Source: Nitrospirales bacterium
GTDB taxonomy: Bacteria > Nitrospirota > Nitrospiria > Nitrospirales > UBA8639
DNA length: 64,000 nt
Direction: 5' to 3'
Assembly: GCA_965223295.1 (NCBI GenBank)
Contig: CBDCWC010000002.1
Span: forward strand, 1,184,001-1,248,000
In this document: positions 28,821 through 39,721 of the stretch, in pieces
How the letters are laid out: each line of letters opens with the position of its first letter
Position numbering within the stretch: position 1 is the stretch's first letter
Made by a program: the position numbers and the translations under genes
The notes under the pieces: generated by a model
What the model was told of the DNA's origin: nothing
Databases searched by the model: none
Seen by the model: the letters and a program-made list of their open reading frames with translations, nothing else

Positions 28821-29507
28821 TTATTGAATCGAGATAATGTCCTGCTGTTTCAGTGCGTTTCCACTTTGAAGAACAATTGGGTTCTCTGCCTCAAACACAA
28901 TGTTGGCGACAGGCTCACGCCCAAACGTAATGACCGGAACAACATTCTTTTTCAAATCTTCGGCTTTGACTCTAAACTGGTAAATTCCTTCGGGTACTCG
29001 GTTCCCGTTACCATCCAACCCATCCCACCGCACTTGGTTCGCCCCGGCATTCTGGAACTCTGTTGATTGAAGTCGCTGGATGACTTGATCATTGGCTCCC
29101 AAAATTTCAATTGTCACCAGGCTCGCATCTTCACTCAATGCATAAGATAGAACAGGTTGATCATCTTTACCGATACTGACCGTATCTCCCGGAGAAACCA
29201 CGTTTCGTCCGATTAGATTCACTAAACTCAACTGTGTCCGTTGCGTATCCTGGACAATCAAGTCTTCAAGTAAGTCATTGGTGTTCGTGGTCTGTTCCAA
29301 CGTAGAGAATTGCGCCAACTGTGCCACAAAATCCTCGTTTTCCACCGGATTCGTCGGATCTTGACTTTGCAATTGAGTCACTAGTAATCGCAGAAATACC
29401 TCAGATCCCAATTCCGACACCGCAGCTTGCACATTATCTTCTCCTGTGAGGGTAGAAGACGTCGTCGCTGATGCCGTAGTCGTCGATATCGGTGTGATCG
29501 GGTCCAT
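28821..29507 (-). CDS. flgD: Hook capping protein FlgD
   Basis: [40 protein letters not shown]. Confidence 0.94.
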   Translation of the reverse strand: MDPITPISTTTASATTSSTLTGEDNVQAAVSELGSEVFLRLLVTQLQSQDPTNPVENEDFVAQLAQFSTLEQTTNTNDLLEDLIVQDTQRTQLSLVNLIGRNVVSPGDTVSIGKDDQPVLSYALSEDASLVTIEILGANDQVIQRLQSTEFQNAGANQVRWDGLDGNGNRVPEGIYQFRVKAEDLKKNVVPVITFGREPVANIVFEAENPIVLQSGNALKQQDIISIQ

Positions 29508-29549
29508 ATCCTTATACTCCTTTTTTTAGCTCATCGCTCTGCCTGTCTT

Positions 29550-31247
29550 TCATGCCACAAAATGTACTCCCGGCTTTTCCTGTTGGTAGGTAACAGCCTG
29601 TAAAGACCCTTGACTGTTTTCAGAATGGAACCTGCCTTCTCGTGGATCATGCGGCTGTGAAAAATGGTGAAACAGGTTCTCTTCATCTTGTGAACCTTCT
29701 TCGCGCACTTCAGCAGAAAATTCTTGCAGATCTAAATCGGCTTGCGCTAATTGGTTTTCCAGTTGAGGCACGAATTGAGCGGCAAGATTTCGTAGCACGG
29801 AATGGTCCATCACCAAACCCGCATAGACTTGACGGTGTTGAACTCCTACATCAATTTGCACCCGCTGATTTTCAGATAATTGAACATCCATTTGGAGTCG
29901 TTGCAGAACAGGCATTGGGAAAGCCGCTGTTCGTTCTTCTAATGCTCGCATTCTAACTCCTTGGCTCTGTGAAGACGTTGACTGCTGAAAGCCTGATTGT
30001 GATTGAGAAAAATTGTTCATGCTCATGCCGGCAGCACCCTGACCGCCGCTTGAATCTATTCCCACACTCTTGATTGATGGCTCTACGGCGCTTTGAACAC
30101 GCTCTCCTTTCCCAAGCCATCCTTGTTCTGCCGCAAGATCAGCTGGAAGAGTCGAACGAGCATCAGTAACATGACTAATCGCCTCATGCGCACTTAATGA
30201 ATTGCCGGAGAGCGGCCTTGTAGAAATTTTGTTTGCGAGAATTCGTTCGGTGAACCCGGCAGGTCCCTCAGACTCAATGGCCGTCACGGGAAGATTCTGA
30301 TTCGGAAACCCAATTGGAGATCGCGCTGATTGCAGCAGTGGCGGTTTCTGCAATACGCCATTCGAAGGCTCATTTTGAAAAGCAGTCTTTTCAATCTGAT
30401 CGACACTTTTCAGGAATTCCTTTACAGGCTGAACCAAAGTCCGTGACAGTGACTCCCCTTTTTCCTGAAACCCTAGAGTTGGCTGCTCACCGCTCTGTCC
30501 TTGTGGACTCTGCCGAGAGAGCACTCCAGGTTGAGGGACTTTGACTACAGATGCCTGTTGTGTGGTGACTCCCGCATCAAACTCTTTAGATACAGGAAGT
30601 TGCACTTTTTCTAGAGCCACGGCTCCACGTCCAAGATCCTGTTTCACAAAGCTCGTGGGTTGCTGCTCTTTTAGAAGTGGAACCTGCCACTCATGAATCA
30701 ATTGATTTTCTGGAGCATGCACACCTTGTGGTAACTTGAGAGGGTTGACTGATAAAGATGTCGGCAAAAAAACAGGACGTTGAACGCCAACATGATGCGA
30801 TTCCCGCAGATCTGAAAACACGACAGTGGGTACTGTTGTTTGATGAGGAATAGTCAAACCTGGCAGCGATTCCGAATGAGCCGTTTGGGAAATCAGTGCT
30901 TCAGAAAGAATCTCTTTCCCGGCTGCCTGAGGTGCACTCACCACCAGTTCCCCCGCACCGGATTGGACTAATTGCCCGAGATGAAGAATATCTTCTTGTG
31001 TCAAACGGTCTTGAGGTTTTCCGTCTCGTTGAATGTCTTTCGATACAAACGTCTGTAATTGCTTTAAAAAGGCCGGGGCCTCAATGGGTGAACTCGGAGA
31101 GTTGACAAGAGTTGATGGAATTTCGTGGCCAGATATTTTCGATTGCTCCTGAGGCGTTTTCGCTAGCGGGTCCTGAGTTGGCTGGATTCCTTCAAAAGCA
31201 TTTGCGCCGGTTGGATGACCACCAAGTATGGGGAGAAAAACACTCAT
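29550..31247 (-). CDS. fliK: Hook-length control protein FliK-like
   Basis: Long Q/S/P-rich low-complexity protein with compact C-terminal domain, directly upstream of flgD. Confidence 0.65.
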   Translation of the reverse strand: MSVFLPILGGHPTGANAFEGIQPTQDPLAKTPQEQSKISGHEIPSTLVNSPSSPIEAPAFLKQLQTFVSKDIQRDGKPQDRLTQEDILHLGQLVQSGAGELVVSAPQAAGKEILSEALISQTAHSESLPGLTIPHQTTVPTVVFSDLRESHHVGVQRPVFLPTSLSVNPLKLPQGVHAPENQLIHEWQVPLLKEQQPTSFVKQDLGRGAVALEKVQLPVSKEFDAGVTTQQASVVKVPQPGVLSRQSPQGQSGEQPTLGFQEKGESLSRTLVQPVKEFLKSVDQIEKTAFQNEPSNGVLQKPPLLQSARSPIGFPNQNLPVTAIESEGPAGFTERILANKISTRPLSGNSLSAHEAISHVTDARSTLPADLAAEQGWLGKGERVQSAVEPSIKSVGIDSSGGQGAAGMSMNNFSQSQSGFQQSTSSQSQGVRMRALEERTAAFPMPVLQRLQMDVQLSENQRVQIDVGVQHRQVYAGLVMDHSVLRNLAAQFVPQLENQLAQADLDLQEFSAEVREEGSQDEENLFHHFSQPHDPREGRFHSENSQGSLQAVTYQQEKPGVHFVA

Positions 31248-31250
31248 CTC

Positions 31251-31853
31251 TTATTTTTGAGGTTTGGTATTCACGCGACGATTGAGTTTAATTTCACGGT
31301 ATTTCCGAAGGCCTTCAGAGAGCCTGGCTGCTTTCTTCGGTTTGACACCTGCCAATATTCCGGCCGCTTTCTTGTTTTTAATCCCCGCAAGAATATCTAA
31401 GGCGAGATCTTCCCGCATTTGTTCAATTCGTAAAGCCCCTTCTTCAGGATCCATCGACTCATAAATTTTGAGTAAATGGACCAACGCCGGATCTTGTTCC
31501 AAATACCGCCGCTGTTCTTCATCCAGGGCCGAAGCCTCTTTATCCAACCGTTTGGCTTCTTTCGCCTGCCGTGCGGCCAGGGCCTCGATATCCCGCTGCA
31601 AGGCTTGAACCTGTTCTTCGCGAAGCTGCAATCTACGTTCCCGTTCCTCGACCGCCTTCAGCCTGGCCTGAAGCTCTTCAAGAAGCGTGGCTTCTTCGCT
31701 GAGTGGCTCATCTAAGAAATCCTCTTCAACATGTTGATTTTCATGTGAATCACTGGAAGTTTTTTCCGTCGTGGCTTGAACAGACCACACCGCCGTCGCC
31801 GACAAAACCAGGACGACAAACCACCAGGGAATGATGCGTGGACTAGGCAACAT
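31251..31853 (-). CDS. MotE/FlbB-like protein (MgtE N-terminal-like domain)
   Basis: N-terminal anchor, coiled coil, LLKIYESMDPEEGA..MREDLALDIL..KKAAGILA. Confidence 0.75.
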   Translation of the reverse strand: MLPSPRIIPWWFVVLVLSATAVWSVQATTEKTSSDSHENQHVEEDFLDEPLSEEATLLEELQARLKAVEERERRLQLREEQVQALQRDIEALAARQAKEAKRLDKEASALDEEQRRYLEQDPALVHLLKIYESMDPEEGALRIEQMREDLALDILAGIKNKKAAGILAGVKPKKAARLSEGLRKYREIKLNRRVNTKPQK

Positions 31854-31860
31854 TGTACTA

Positions 31861-32304
31861 CTAGGTCATTTCTTCAAGGTTAGATGTCGCAAACACATGA
31901 GAAGACAAGTCTTCCTGAATACGTTGTTCCTGTGCCGCCATTTTCTGTAAAACCGCTGCCTCCTTTTTTGCAATTACGAGCTCAACAACTCGTCTGGCAT
32001 GGTAGGCCTGTTTCAGTTTTTCGCGCAGTTCCGAAAGAGTTTCTTCTATTTGATTGATCTGTTTCGTCCGTTCTTCCATTCCGGTTCCAAGTTGATCCAA
32101 CCACCGATAACGCTCTTCCGCGGATAAGGAATCAACTCCGGCCTGGATACATTCTTCAAGTTCTATGACAATTTTTTCCATATCCCGACTCAACGCCTGA
32201 CGCTTGGCAAGCTCCTGGCTTTTTTCCCATTCAGCCAGGACCACTCTTTCCCGAGCCAGATCTTCAACCTGTTGTCTAAATTTCAGCAGAGTTGTCCAGT
32301 TCAT
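31861..32304 (-). CDS. fliJ: Flagellar export chaperone FliJ
   Basis: 147-aa coiled coil, LLKFRQQVE start, overlaps the fliI stop. Confidence 0.78.
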   Translation of the reverse strand: MNWTTLLKFRQQVEDLARERVVLAEWEKSQELAKRQALSRDMEKIVIELEECIQAGVDSLSAEERYRWLDQLGTGMEERTKQINQIEETLSELREKLKQAYHARRVVELVIAKKEAAVLQKMAAQEQRIQEDLSSHVFATSNLEEMT

Positions 32305-33644
32305 TTAGTTGCTCCGTTCTTTCCGGCAAGATTCCGACTCTGTGCCGCTAAGACTTCAAGGTTTTGGATACTTGCCGCTAAACTCACAGCTGTTTCCCGA
32401 GGTTGTCTAAGATAGTCATCAATCGGATCTTTCATCCTGATTGCCGAATCAAGTCGCATATTGGCTCCTGGCTGATACGCCCCCAAATTGATTAGATCTT
32501 CGGAATTACGGTATTCCGCCATCGATCGAATAATCGTTTTGGCTGCCTCTGCATGAGAGTCCGAGACGATATCTGACATCACTCGGCTAAGACTTTGCAG
32601 TACATCGATGGCTGGAAAATGTCCCTGCATCGCTAATTGCCGTGACAGCACAATATGACCATCTAAGATAGACCTCATAGCATCAACAACAGGATCATTG
32701 AGGTCATCACCATCCACAAGTACGGTATACAAACCAGTGATAGATCCTTTTTCTAATGTCCCTACCCGTTCTAACACCTGTGGAAACAGTGTAAACACGG
32801 AAGGGGGGTAGCCTTTGGTCGTGGGCGGTTCACCTGCGGCCAAGCCTACTTCTCGCTGGGCATGCGCCAAACGCGTGAGGGAATCGACCAGTAAGAGAAC
32901 CTGGTTGCCTTGATCTCGAAAATATTCGGCAATTGCCGTCGCCACAAACACCGCACGTACGCGAACTAATGGCGATTGATCAGATGTGGCTACAACCGCG
33001 ACAGACCGTCGCAGACTCTCTGCTCCCAAATCCCGTTCTAAGAACTCTTTCACCTCGCGTCCGCGCTCACCGACTAAAGCAATGACATTGACATCTGCTT
33101 TCGTGTGACGACACAACATGCCCATTAACACACTTTTCCCCACGCCGCTTCCTGCAAAAATCCCCATTTTTTGTCCCACGCCACAGGTCAATAAGGCATT
33201 AATCGCCTGGACTCCGAGATCCATGGGCTCGGTAATTCGTTTGCGCCGTAAGGGCTCCGGAGCCGAGGCATATAACGCGTAACGTTGACTACGAGGAAGT
33301 GATCCCTTGCCGTCTACGGGTTGTCCTAAACCATCAACAACTCGACCTAGAAGATGTGGCCCAACGAGCAATCGTGGGGAACTAGGGTCATAACGAATTA
33401 AATCTCCTGCACCAATTCCCCGAACCGGTCCAAACGGCATCACGACAACTCGTTGCTCTCGAAACCCAATGACCTCTCCTTCTAAAACTGATTCCCGTCT
33501 CTGACTGAAAATATGACACCGTTGCCCTACAGAAGCCCCTAACCCCGTAGCCTCTAATGTGAGGCCCACGGCTTTGACCACACGCCCGGTCACGGCGACG
33601 ACGGAAAGCTCATCAAGACGTTGCTGTATGCTGGCCAGGCTCAC
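32301..33644 (-). CDS. fliI: Flagellar export ATPase FliI
   Basis: GIFAGSGVGKS, GERGREV, DSLTRLAHAQRE, GHFPAIDVL. Confidence 0.97.
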   Translation of the reverse strand: MSLASIQQRLDELSVVAVTGRVVKAVGLTLEATGLGASVGQRCHIFSQRRESVLEGEVIGFREQRVVVMPFGPVRGIGAGDLIRYDPSSPRLLVGPHLLGRVVDGLGQPVDGKGSLPRSQRYALYASAPEPLRRKRITEPMDLGVQAINALLTCGVGQKMGIFAGSGVGKSVLMGMLCRHTKADVNVIALVGERGREVKEFLERDLGAESLRRSVAVVATSDQSPLVRVRAVFVATAIAEYFRDQGNQVLLLVDSLTRLAHAQREVGLAAGEPPTTKGYPPSVFTLFPQVLERVGTLEKGSITGLYTVLVDGDDLNDPVVDAMRSILDGHIVLSRQLAMQGHFPAIDVLQSLSRVMSDIVSDSHAEAAKTIIRSMAEYRNSEDLINLGAYQPGANMRLDSAIRMKDPIDDYLRQPRETAVSLAASIQNLEVLAAQSRNLAGKNGATK

Positions 33645-34255
33645 AAGGAGGAAATCTCCAGACCAAATTCGGAGGCAATTGTCTCTAACTGCTGCTGAAG
33701 ACGGGCATCCAACTGCAGAGACGGTTGCTCAACTAAACAGCCTCCCCGCTCCACAGATTCATCCGCTTCTATAACCAAATGGTCTCCTTCAACAAATTCA
33801 GCTCTTAATTGTTCATGAAGTGAATCCAACGATTCTATATCGTGAGGATTGACCTTCAACGTCACAAGGCTCTTATTCACAAGAAGTTCAAGAATCTGGC
33901 GCACCTGCCTCACCAGAAACTCCTTGTCCGTCTCCACTTCTCGAAGAATAATCTTCTGAGAAATAGCAAGCGCAACTTCCACAATATCTCTGTCCTGCTC
34001 TTCAAGAGCTGAGACGCGTGCTCGGCCAATCTCATTTGCCAGATAAATCGCGCGTTTGAGTTCTTCTTCAACTTTGGCCTGACATTGCGACCGCCCCTCT
34101 TCAATACCTTTCTGCCGTCCCTGTTCAAAGGCCTGATGTTGTAGAGCGGAACAATCATGTCGCTGATCTTCCTCGTCTTGAAGTTTCGTTCCGTTGGGAA
34201 CCAGTTCCGCCATTTGAAATGTCTGTACTCGATGACTACGTTCCATAACCAGCAA
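33641..34255 (-). CDS. fliH: Flagellar assembly protein FliH
   Basis: AFEQGRQKGIEEG GxxxG repeats, LKVNPHD, ADESVERGGCLVE. Confidence 0.88.
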   Translation of the reverse strand: MLVMERSHRVQTFQMAELVPNGTKLQDEEDQRHDCSALQHQAFEQGRQKGIEEGRSQCQAKVEEELKRAIYLANEIGRARVSALEEQDRDIVEVALAISQKIILREVETDKEFLVRQVRQILELLVNKSLVTLKVNPHDIESLDSLHEQLRAEFVEGDHLVIEADESVERGGCLVEQPSLQLDARLQQQLETIASEFGLEISSL

Positions 34256-34258
34256 ACC

Positions 34259-35254
34259 TTAGACCATCTGCTCCTCGCCTTTTCCTCCAATGGCCACCCG
34301 TCCTTCACTGGCCAAGCGCTGTACAGTCTTAATAATATTTTGCTGTGCCGACTCCACATCACTGAGCTTGACTGGGCCTCTGGTTTCCATATCTTCTTTC
34401 AAGGATTCTGCCGCACGGCTCGACATATTCTTCATAAATTGATCACGCAATGGCCCATCAACTGGCTTTAAGGCCAACAGTAACTCCTCTTTGCTCACTT
34501 CGCGCAACAATTCCTGCATACCTCTGTCATCAACTTTATCCAGATCTTCGAAGACGAACATTTTCCCGCGTATTTCTTCAGCCACATCTGGATCTTTTGT
34601 TTCCAAGGCGGTGAAAATCTCGCCTTCCACGTTACGCTTTACAGAATTCAAAATTTCCGCGACCAATCCCGTGCCACCAACCGGAATCGCATTTTTAGAA
34701 GCTCCCAGACGCAATTCTTCTTGAAGCACCCCATTCAATTCATCCACCATATTGGGTGACACTTCTTCAGTAGTCGCCAGACGATAAATAATGGCATCCC
34801 TCTTCTGGGCAGGGAGTAACGATAAAATTTGGCCAGCCTGATCAGATTCTAAATTTGCCAAAATCAACGCCCCCGTTTGCGGATGTTCATAGGTCAGCAA
34901 ATTAGTAATTGACACGGCATCTAGTGACTTTAGCGTCTCAAAGCCGGCGTTATCTGAATTATTGAGAGAACTTAAGATACGGCGTGCCTTATCTTTTCCC
35001 AAGGCCGCGTTAAGAATCTTTGCTAGATAGGCTTTTCCTTCCACGCTCAAACCTGAGGTTCCGGCCAACTGCATATATTCTTTTAGAACATAACGATGTT
35101 CATCTTGACCTACATTCACGAGAGCTCCTAAATAGGCACCGATTTGCCGAATGTCTTTTTGATCTAAGACCTTTAAGACTTCTACTGCGGAGTCTTCCCC
35201 AATGGCCAGCAATAAAATTGCGGCCTTTTCATACCCGGATAAATGTTCACTCAC
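34259..35254 (-). CDS. fliG: Flagellar motor switch protein FliG
   Basis: KAAILLL, EHPQ, MFVFEDL, NMSSRAA. Confidence 0.96.
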   Translation of the reverse strand: MSEHLSGYEKAAILLLAIGEDSAVEVLKVLDQKDIRQIGAYLGALVNVGQDEHRYVLKEYMQLAGTSGLSVEGKAYLAKILNAALGKDKARRILSSLNNSDNAGFETLKSLDAVSITNLLTYEHPQTGALILANLESDQAGQILSLLPAQKRDAIIYRLATTEEVSPNMVDELNGVLQEELRLGASKNAIPVGGTGLVAEILNSVKRNVEGEIFTALETKDPDVAEEIRGKMFVFEDLDKVDDRGMQELLREVSKEELLLALKPVDGPLRDQFMKNMSSRAAESLKEDMETRGPVKLSDVESAQQNIIKTVQRLASEGRVAIGGKGEEQMV

Positions 35255-35257
35255 GAA

Positions 35258-36853
35258 TTAAGCCTTTTGCTCTTGCTCTTCTTTGATCCACGTTCGAATC
35301 ACTTGAGCTGCTGTGGCAGGGTTTTCAGCCGCCAGTCTAAGGGCTTGTTCTTGCGGAGTTTCAGTGACCTCTGCCTCATACTCTGTAACTGTGGCTGGCA
35401 ACCCAGCCTGCGGCAGCGCCACCGGCTCAGCTGATGGTTTGGTTAAATTGAGAGCCATCGGACGAACGACAAACCATAAAACCATCACACCCAAAAAGAA
35501 AAATAAGACTGGCTTCAAGAATCCTCCCCAGGTCGCTAGAAAAGACTGGACACTCGCAGTCATTCCCTCTTCGCCTTCCTGAACCGCTGGGACCTCAAAG
35601 GGCACATTAACCATTTCAATTTGATCTCCACGCTCTTCAGAAAATCCCACCGCTTTTTTCACAATTTGTATAAGATTTTGAATTTCTTGTTCGGAACGAG
35701 GGACATAGGTTGTATCTTCAGTCGAATTGTCTTCCTGGGTTTCCGCGCCGTCTGCAATCTCATATGTCCCATCTACGAGGACCGCTACACTTAACCGTTG
35801 AATCGCACCAGTGGGCTCAATAATTTTGCTCACCTTTCGATTCACTTCATAATTGAGAGTCTCATTCTTTCTCTTTGCTTCCTTAGGGCCCGAGCCTCCT
35901 GTCGCCTTAAGATCGTTTGGCACATTACTTCGAACACCCGGCACACCTGCCCTTGCACCCTGCTCTGTCACTTTTTCCTGGCTCCGGTTTTCACTTCGCA
36001 CCACTTGGCTATTCGGATCAAAGCTCTCTTCGGTTATTTCGATTTGCCGGAATTCCAAAGGAGCTGTTACCCGTACGACCGATTTATCACGCCCTAAGAC
36101 TTGATCCAACATCGTCTGTACCCGTTGCTCTAAATCACGTTCAACACGACGCTGTGTGGCAATCTGTGTGGCCGTCAATTGAGCATCTTCATCTGCCGAA
36201 TTTTGACTCAGTACCTTTCCATGATTATCAACAACCGTGACCTGGCCAGGCTCCAATCCTTCCACGCTACTCGCCACTAAATGAACAATTCCCTGCACCT
36301 GTGCTCCGCCTAAGGTATTCCCTCGATTCAATGTCAGCACCACCGCGGCTTGCGCAGGCTTTTGCTCAGAAGCAAATAGACGTTTTTCTGGAATAACCAG
36401 ATGCACCCGCACTCGCTCGACTTGCGAGATCTGACTAATCGTACGAGCTAGTTCCCCTTGAAGCGCACGACGGTAATTCATTTGTTGGGTAAACGGTGTA
36501 ACACCCAGACCAGTTCGATCAAAAATTTCAAAGCCCACTCCTGCAGATTCAGGCAGCCCCACCGAGGCTAACTGCAGTCGTAATTCATGTACCCGTTCTG
36601 CGGGAACCTTGATAGTGTTTCCTCCTTCTCCCAGCTCATAGGTGACACTTTGCTTGCCTAACTCTTGAATGATGGCCCGAGCGTCATCCGCCTCTAACTG
36701 AGAAAATAGCACCACAAGCTCCGGCTCTTTTCCAAGGAGCATCAACATGGGAATTGTTGCAAGCGCCAACGCCAACACCACAACAACACCAAAGCGTTGT
36801 CCAAGAGTTAAGGCCTGAAAATTGTTGATGAGACTATCTGGAAATGTCGCCAT
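35258..36853 (-). CDS. fliF: Flagellar M-ring protein FliF
   Basis: GFEIFD, YRRALQGELARTI, RVHLVIP, RLSVAVLVDG, RGDQI. Confidence 0.96.
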   Translation of the reverse strand: MATFPDSLINNFQALTLGQRFGVVVVLALALATIPMLMLLGKEPELVVLFSQLEADDARAIIQELGKQSVTYELGEGGNTIKVPAERVHELRLQLASVGLPESAGVGFEIFDRTGLGVTPFTQQMNYRRALQGELARTISQISQVERVRVHLVIPEKRLFASEQKPAQAAVVLTLNRGNTLGGAQVQGIVHLVASSVEGLEPGQVTVVDNHGKVLSQNSADEDAQLTATQIATQRRVERDLEQRVQTMLDQVLGRDKSVVRVTAPLEFRQIEITEESFDPNSQVVRSENRSQEKVTEQGARAGVPGVRSNVPNDLKATGGSGPKEAKRKNETLNYEVNRKVSKIIEPTGAIQRLSVAVLVDGTYEIADGAETQEDNSTEDTTYVPRSEQEIQNLIQIVKKAVGFSEERGDQIEMVNVPFEVPAVQEGEEGMTASVQSFLATWGGFLKPVLFFFLGVMVLWFVVRPMALNLTKPSAEPVALPQAGLPATVTEYEAEVTETPQEQALRLAAENPATAAQVIRTWIKEEQEQKA

Positions 36854-36929
36854 ATACCCTGAACATTTGAGAAGGGTTTATCTTGCTATTTGCACGCAGT
36901 CCACAATACGGTTCATCCTTCAACATTAA

Positions 36930-37232
36930 CTAGACTTGCATTCGCATCACTTCTTGATAGGCTTCAACCATCTTGTTTCTGACTTGCATCAGCAACCGAA
37001 AGGACAGACCAGCTTTTTCTCCAGCGATGACCGCTTGGTGAATATTGACGTTTTCTCCTCTTGCCACGGCTTCCTCTAAGTGCCCGGCTTCATGTTGCAT
37101 GGCATTCACGGATTCCACCGCATTTTTCAAGATGTCCCCAAACCCTGGGCCCGCACCAGAAGTTGGTTTGACGGGCGTACTTCCAAATGGCTCGGCAATA
37201 GGTTCAATGCTCCGAAGGGTGGAATAGTCCAT
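36930..37232 (-). CDS. fliE: Hook-basal body protein FliE
   Basis: QVRNKMVEAYQEVMRMQV. Confidence 0.95.
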   Translation of the reverse strand: MDYSTLRSIEPIAEPFGSTPVKPTSGAGPGFGDILKNAVESVNAMQHEAGHLEEAVARGENVNIHQAVIAGEKAGLSFRLLMQVRNKMVEAYQEVMRMQV

Positions 37233-37265
37233 CTCAACATTCCTTTCGTTCGTTGACACAAGTAT

Positions 37266-37709
37266 CTATCGACCCATCTCCAATGCGCGCAACGTCATGG
37301 TTTTCCCCGTCTCCATCACTGCGAGATTGGCTTCATAGGCCCTTGTTGCTGAAATAAGATTCACCATTTCTTCAATGGGGTTCACATTAGGCAAATGCAG
37401 AAATCCTTTGGCATCTGCATCCGGATGATCTGGATCGTAAATCGTCCGCAATGGCCGGGAGTCCTGAATAATATCTGTGACTCGAACCCCAGCAGGTTCC
37501 AACGGATCACCAAAGGCGCTTGAAAAAACCGAATGAAACGGAGTTTGGGTCGAGGTTGTTTGAAAGACCACATCTCTTCGAATATATGGCCCTCCATTAG
37601 GTGACCGTGTGGACTCGGCGTTGGCCAAATTGGTGGCGATGATATTTAACCGTTGCCGCTGGGAATCTAATGCCGATCCTACGACAGCAAAAACTCGATC
37701 AAGATTCAT
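37266..37709 (-). CDS. flgC: Basal-body rod protein FlgC
   Basis: RLNIIATNLANA, YDPDHPDAD, PNVNPIEEMVNLISATRAYEAN. Confidence 0.96.
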   Translation of the reverse strand: MNLDRVFAVVGSALDSQRQRLNIIATNLANAESTRSPNGGPYIRRDVVFQTTSTQTPFHSVFSSAFGDPLEPAGVRVTDIIQDSRPLRTIYDPDHPDADAKGFLHLPNVNPIEEMVNLISATRAYEANLAVMETGKTMTLRALEMGR

Positions 37710-37816
37710 ATTTTTCCCCTTTCAGAAATAGGAAAACGTATCATCCCTCGCGTGCCCTCGTTTCAGAGCCTCTGTTCTTCGGTCGCTTCACGCCGACTCC
37801 TCACACATCACCGGTA

Positions 37817-38233
37817 TCATCGCCCTTCATCAATGGCCCGCTTCCAACCTTCAAATCGGCCATCCAAAAATTGGTTGACTGCCATGTATAGAATGGTATT
37901 TTCCGCCATTAACGTCATTTCTTTTTCCAAATTCACGGTGTTTTCATCAATGCCAGCTCCAGCATCTTCCTTGATCGTATGGTGAAAAATTCCGCTGCTA
38001 TCTTGGCCAAGCCCCATATGACGAGGATGTGTCGTGACAGACCCAAGGGGACCCTGTCCTCGAAGGACAGCCGAAAACGTTTCAGAAAATGGTAACTGCC
38101 TGGCTTTGTAGCCTGGCGTTTCTTCGTTGGCCATATTGGAAGCAATAGTTTCATGAACAGCGCTCCGCACATCTAGAGCTCGTTCAAATAAATGCGTTCC
38201 TGCATCCCAAGGAGAAATCATCATTGGGTTCAT
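37817..38233 (-). CDS. flgB: Basal-body rod protein FlgB
   Basis: IASNMANEETPGYKA, NTVNLEKEM. Confidence 0.94.
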   Translation of the reverse strand: MNPMMISPWDAGTHLFERALDVRSAVHETIASNMANEETPGYKARQLPFSETFSAVLRGQGPLGSVTTHPRHMGLGQDSSGIFHHTIKEDAGAGIDENTVNLEKEMTLMAENTILYMAVNQFLDGRFEGWKRAIDEGR

Positions 38234-38321
38234 CCTTCACATGGTTTCATACGATAAAACTTGTGATTCCGGCGTCTTCCCATTAAACAGCAAGCATCCA
38301 CACCCCGACCTAAAATCCTTC

Positions 38322-39710
38322 TCAAACACCCAGTGGCAGTCCACCATTTAACTCCCGATATTCCCGCAATTTATTGCGCAACGTCCGGATACTAATCCCC
38401 AACGTCTTCGCTGCATGCGTTCGATTACTATTATGATGTTCTAACGTCCTCAAGATCAGATCGCGCTCCATTTCCCAAATCGTACCGGTGGGTGCCTGGG
38501 CCGCTCCCGAAGTTAATGTCGGTTCATCAAACTTGAAATGATGGACTTGCAATGGCCCATTGTCTGCAAGGAGGACACCTCGCTCAATGACATTCTCCAA
38601 TTCACGAACATTGCCTCGCCACGGACGACTTTTTAGATACATCATGGCTTCATCAGAAATTCCATGCCAGGTACGATTGTTCCGGCGAAACGATCGAATA
38701 GCGAATTGTTCAGCCAACAATTGAATATCTTCCGGCCGATCCCGGAGCGGAGGGAGGGTGAACGGCATGACGCTCAGCCGGTAATACACGTCTTCCCGAA
38801 ACCGACCGGCTTGCACTTCTTGCGCAAGGTTCCGATTGGTGGTCACAATCACTCGTACATCGACTTGAATAGGCTGTCTCGACCCCAGACGGTCAACCTC
38901 CCGTTCTTGAAGAACACGAAGGAGTTTCGCTTGCAGCCCTAAACTCATCTCGCCAATTTCATCCAGCAACAACGTACCCTGGTGAGCTAATTCAAACTTC
39001 CCTGCCCGCCTGGCCAATGCCCCCGTAAATGCGCCTTTTTCATAACCAAACAACTCACTCTCCAATAGACCTTCAGGCAATGCGGCACAGTTAATCGCCA
39101 CAAATGGCTGATGCGCACGTTGACTCTTTTGATGAATATGGCGAGCTAACACTTCCTTGCCGGTTCCACTTTCTCCTTGAATCAAAATGGTGGCTGTACT
39201 GCTCGACACCATATCCAACATTTTTAATGTTTGCAGCACCTTCGGATCTCGCGTAAGGAATCCCTCACGCCCATCACTTGGACTTGAAGTCGGAATAGTG
39301 CCATCGGGAGCCAGACCTTGGTCACTACGATCATCATCCAGTTGTTGAATGAGTTTTTCCAAACGATCAAAAGGAAATGGTTTTTGAAGATAATCTGTCG
39401 CCCCATGTTTCAGAGCTTCAACAGCCACATCCACGCCCCCATAAGCTGTCATAACCACAACCGGCATATGATATCCCTGGGTACGGACTTCCCGTAAAAA
39501 CTCCATGCCTCCTTTCCCAGGCAAGCTCAAATCAGTGAGCACGAGCCACGGAGCATCTCGCTCAACATGCTCTAAGCCCTCATGACCATCTCTTGCAATG
39601 GTGACCTCATAACCATGCTGACTCAGAACTTTCCTCAAAGCCGTTTGCAACTGCTCATCATCTTCCACAACCAAGATGCCCCTGCTCAGCCCACTCTCGG
39701 TATCTAACAT
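38322..39710 (-). CDS. sigma54-dependent response regulator (FleR/FlrC-like)
   Basis: ATG 39710 after [46 protein letters not shown]. Confidence 0.9.
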   Translation of the reverse strand: MLDTESGLSRGILVVEDDEQLQTALRKVLSQHGYEVTIARDGHEGLEHVERDAPWLVLTDLSLPGKGGMEFLREVRTQGYHMPVVVMTAYGGVDVAVEALKHGATDYLQKPFPFDRLEKLIQQLDDDRSDQGLAPDGTIPTSSPSDGREGFLTRDPKVLQTLKMLDMVSSSTATILIQGESGTGKEVLARHIHQKSQRAHQPFVAINCAALPEGLLESELFGYEKGAFTGALARRAGKFELAHQGTLLLDEIGEMSLGLQAKLLRVLQEREVDRLGSRQPIQVDVRVIVTTNRNLAQEVQAGRFREDVYYRLSVMPFTLPPLRDRPEDIQLLAEQFAIRSFRRNNRTWHGISDEAMMYLKSRPWRGNVRELENVIERGVLLADNGPLQVHHFKFDEPTLTSGAAQAPTGTIWEMERDLILRTLEHHNSNRTHAAKTLGISIRTLRNKLREYRELNGGLPLGV

Positions 39711-39721
39711 GCCATTCTCCT

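Noticed and set aside
38289-38306. sigma54 promoter upstream of flgB
   Set aside because: GG-to-GC spacing is 11 nt, not the required 10.
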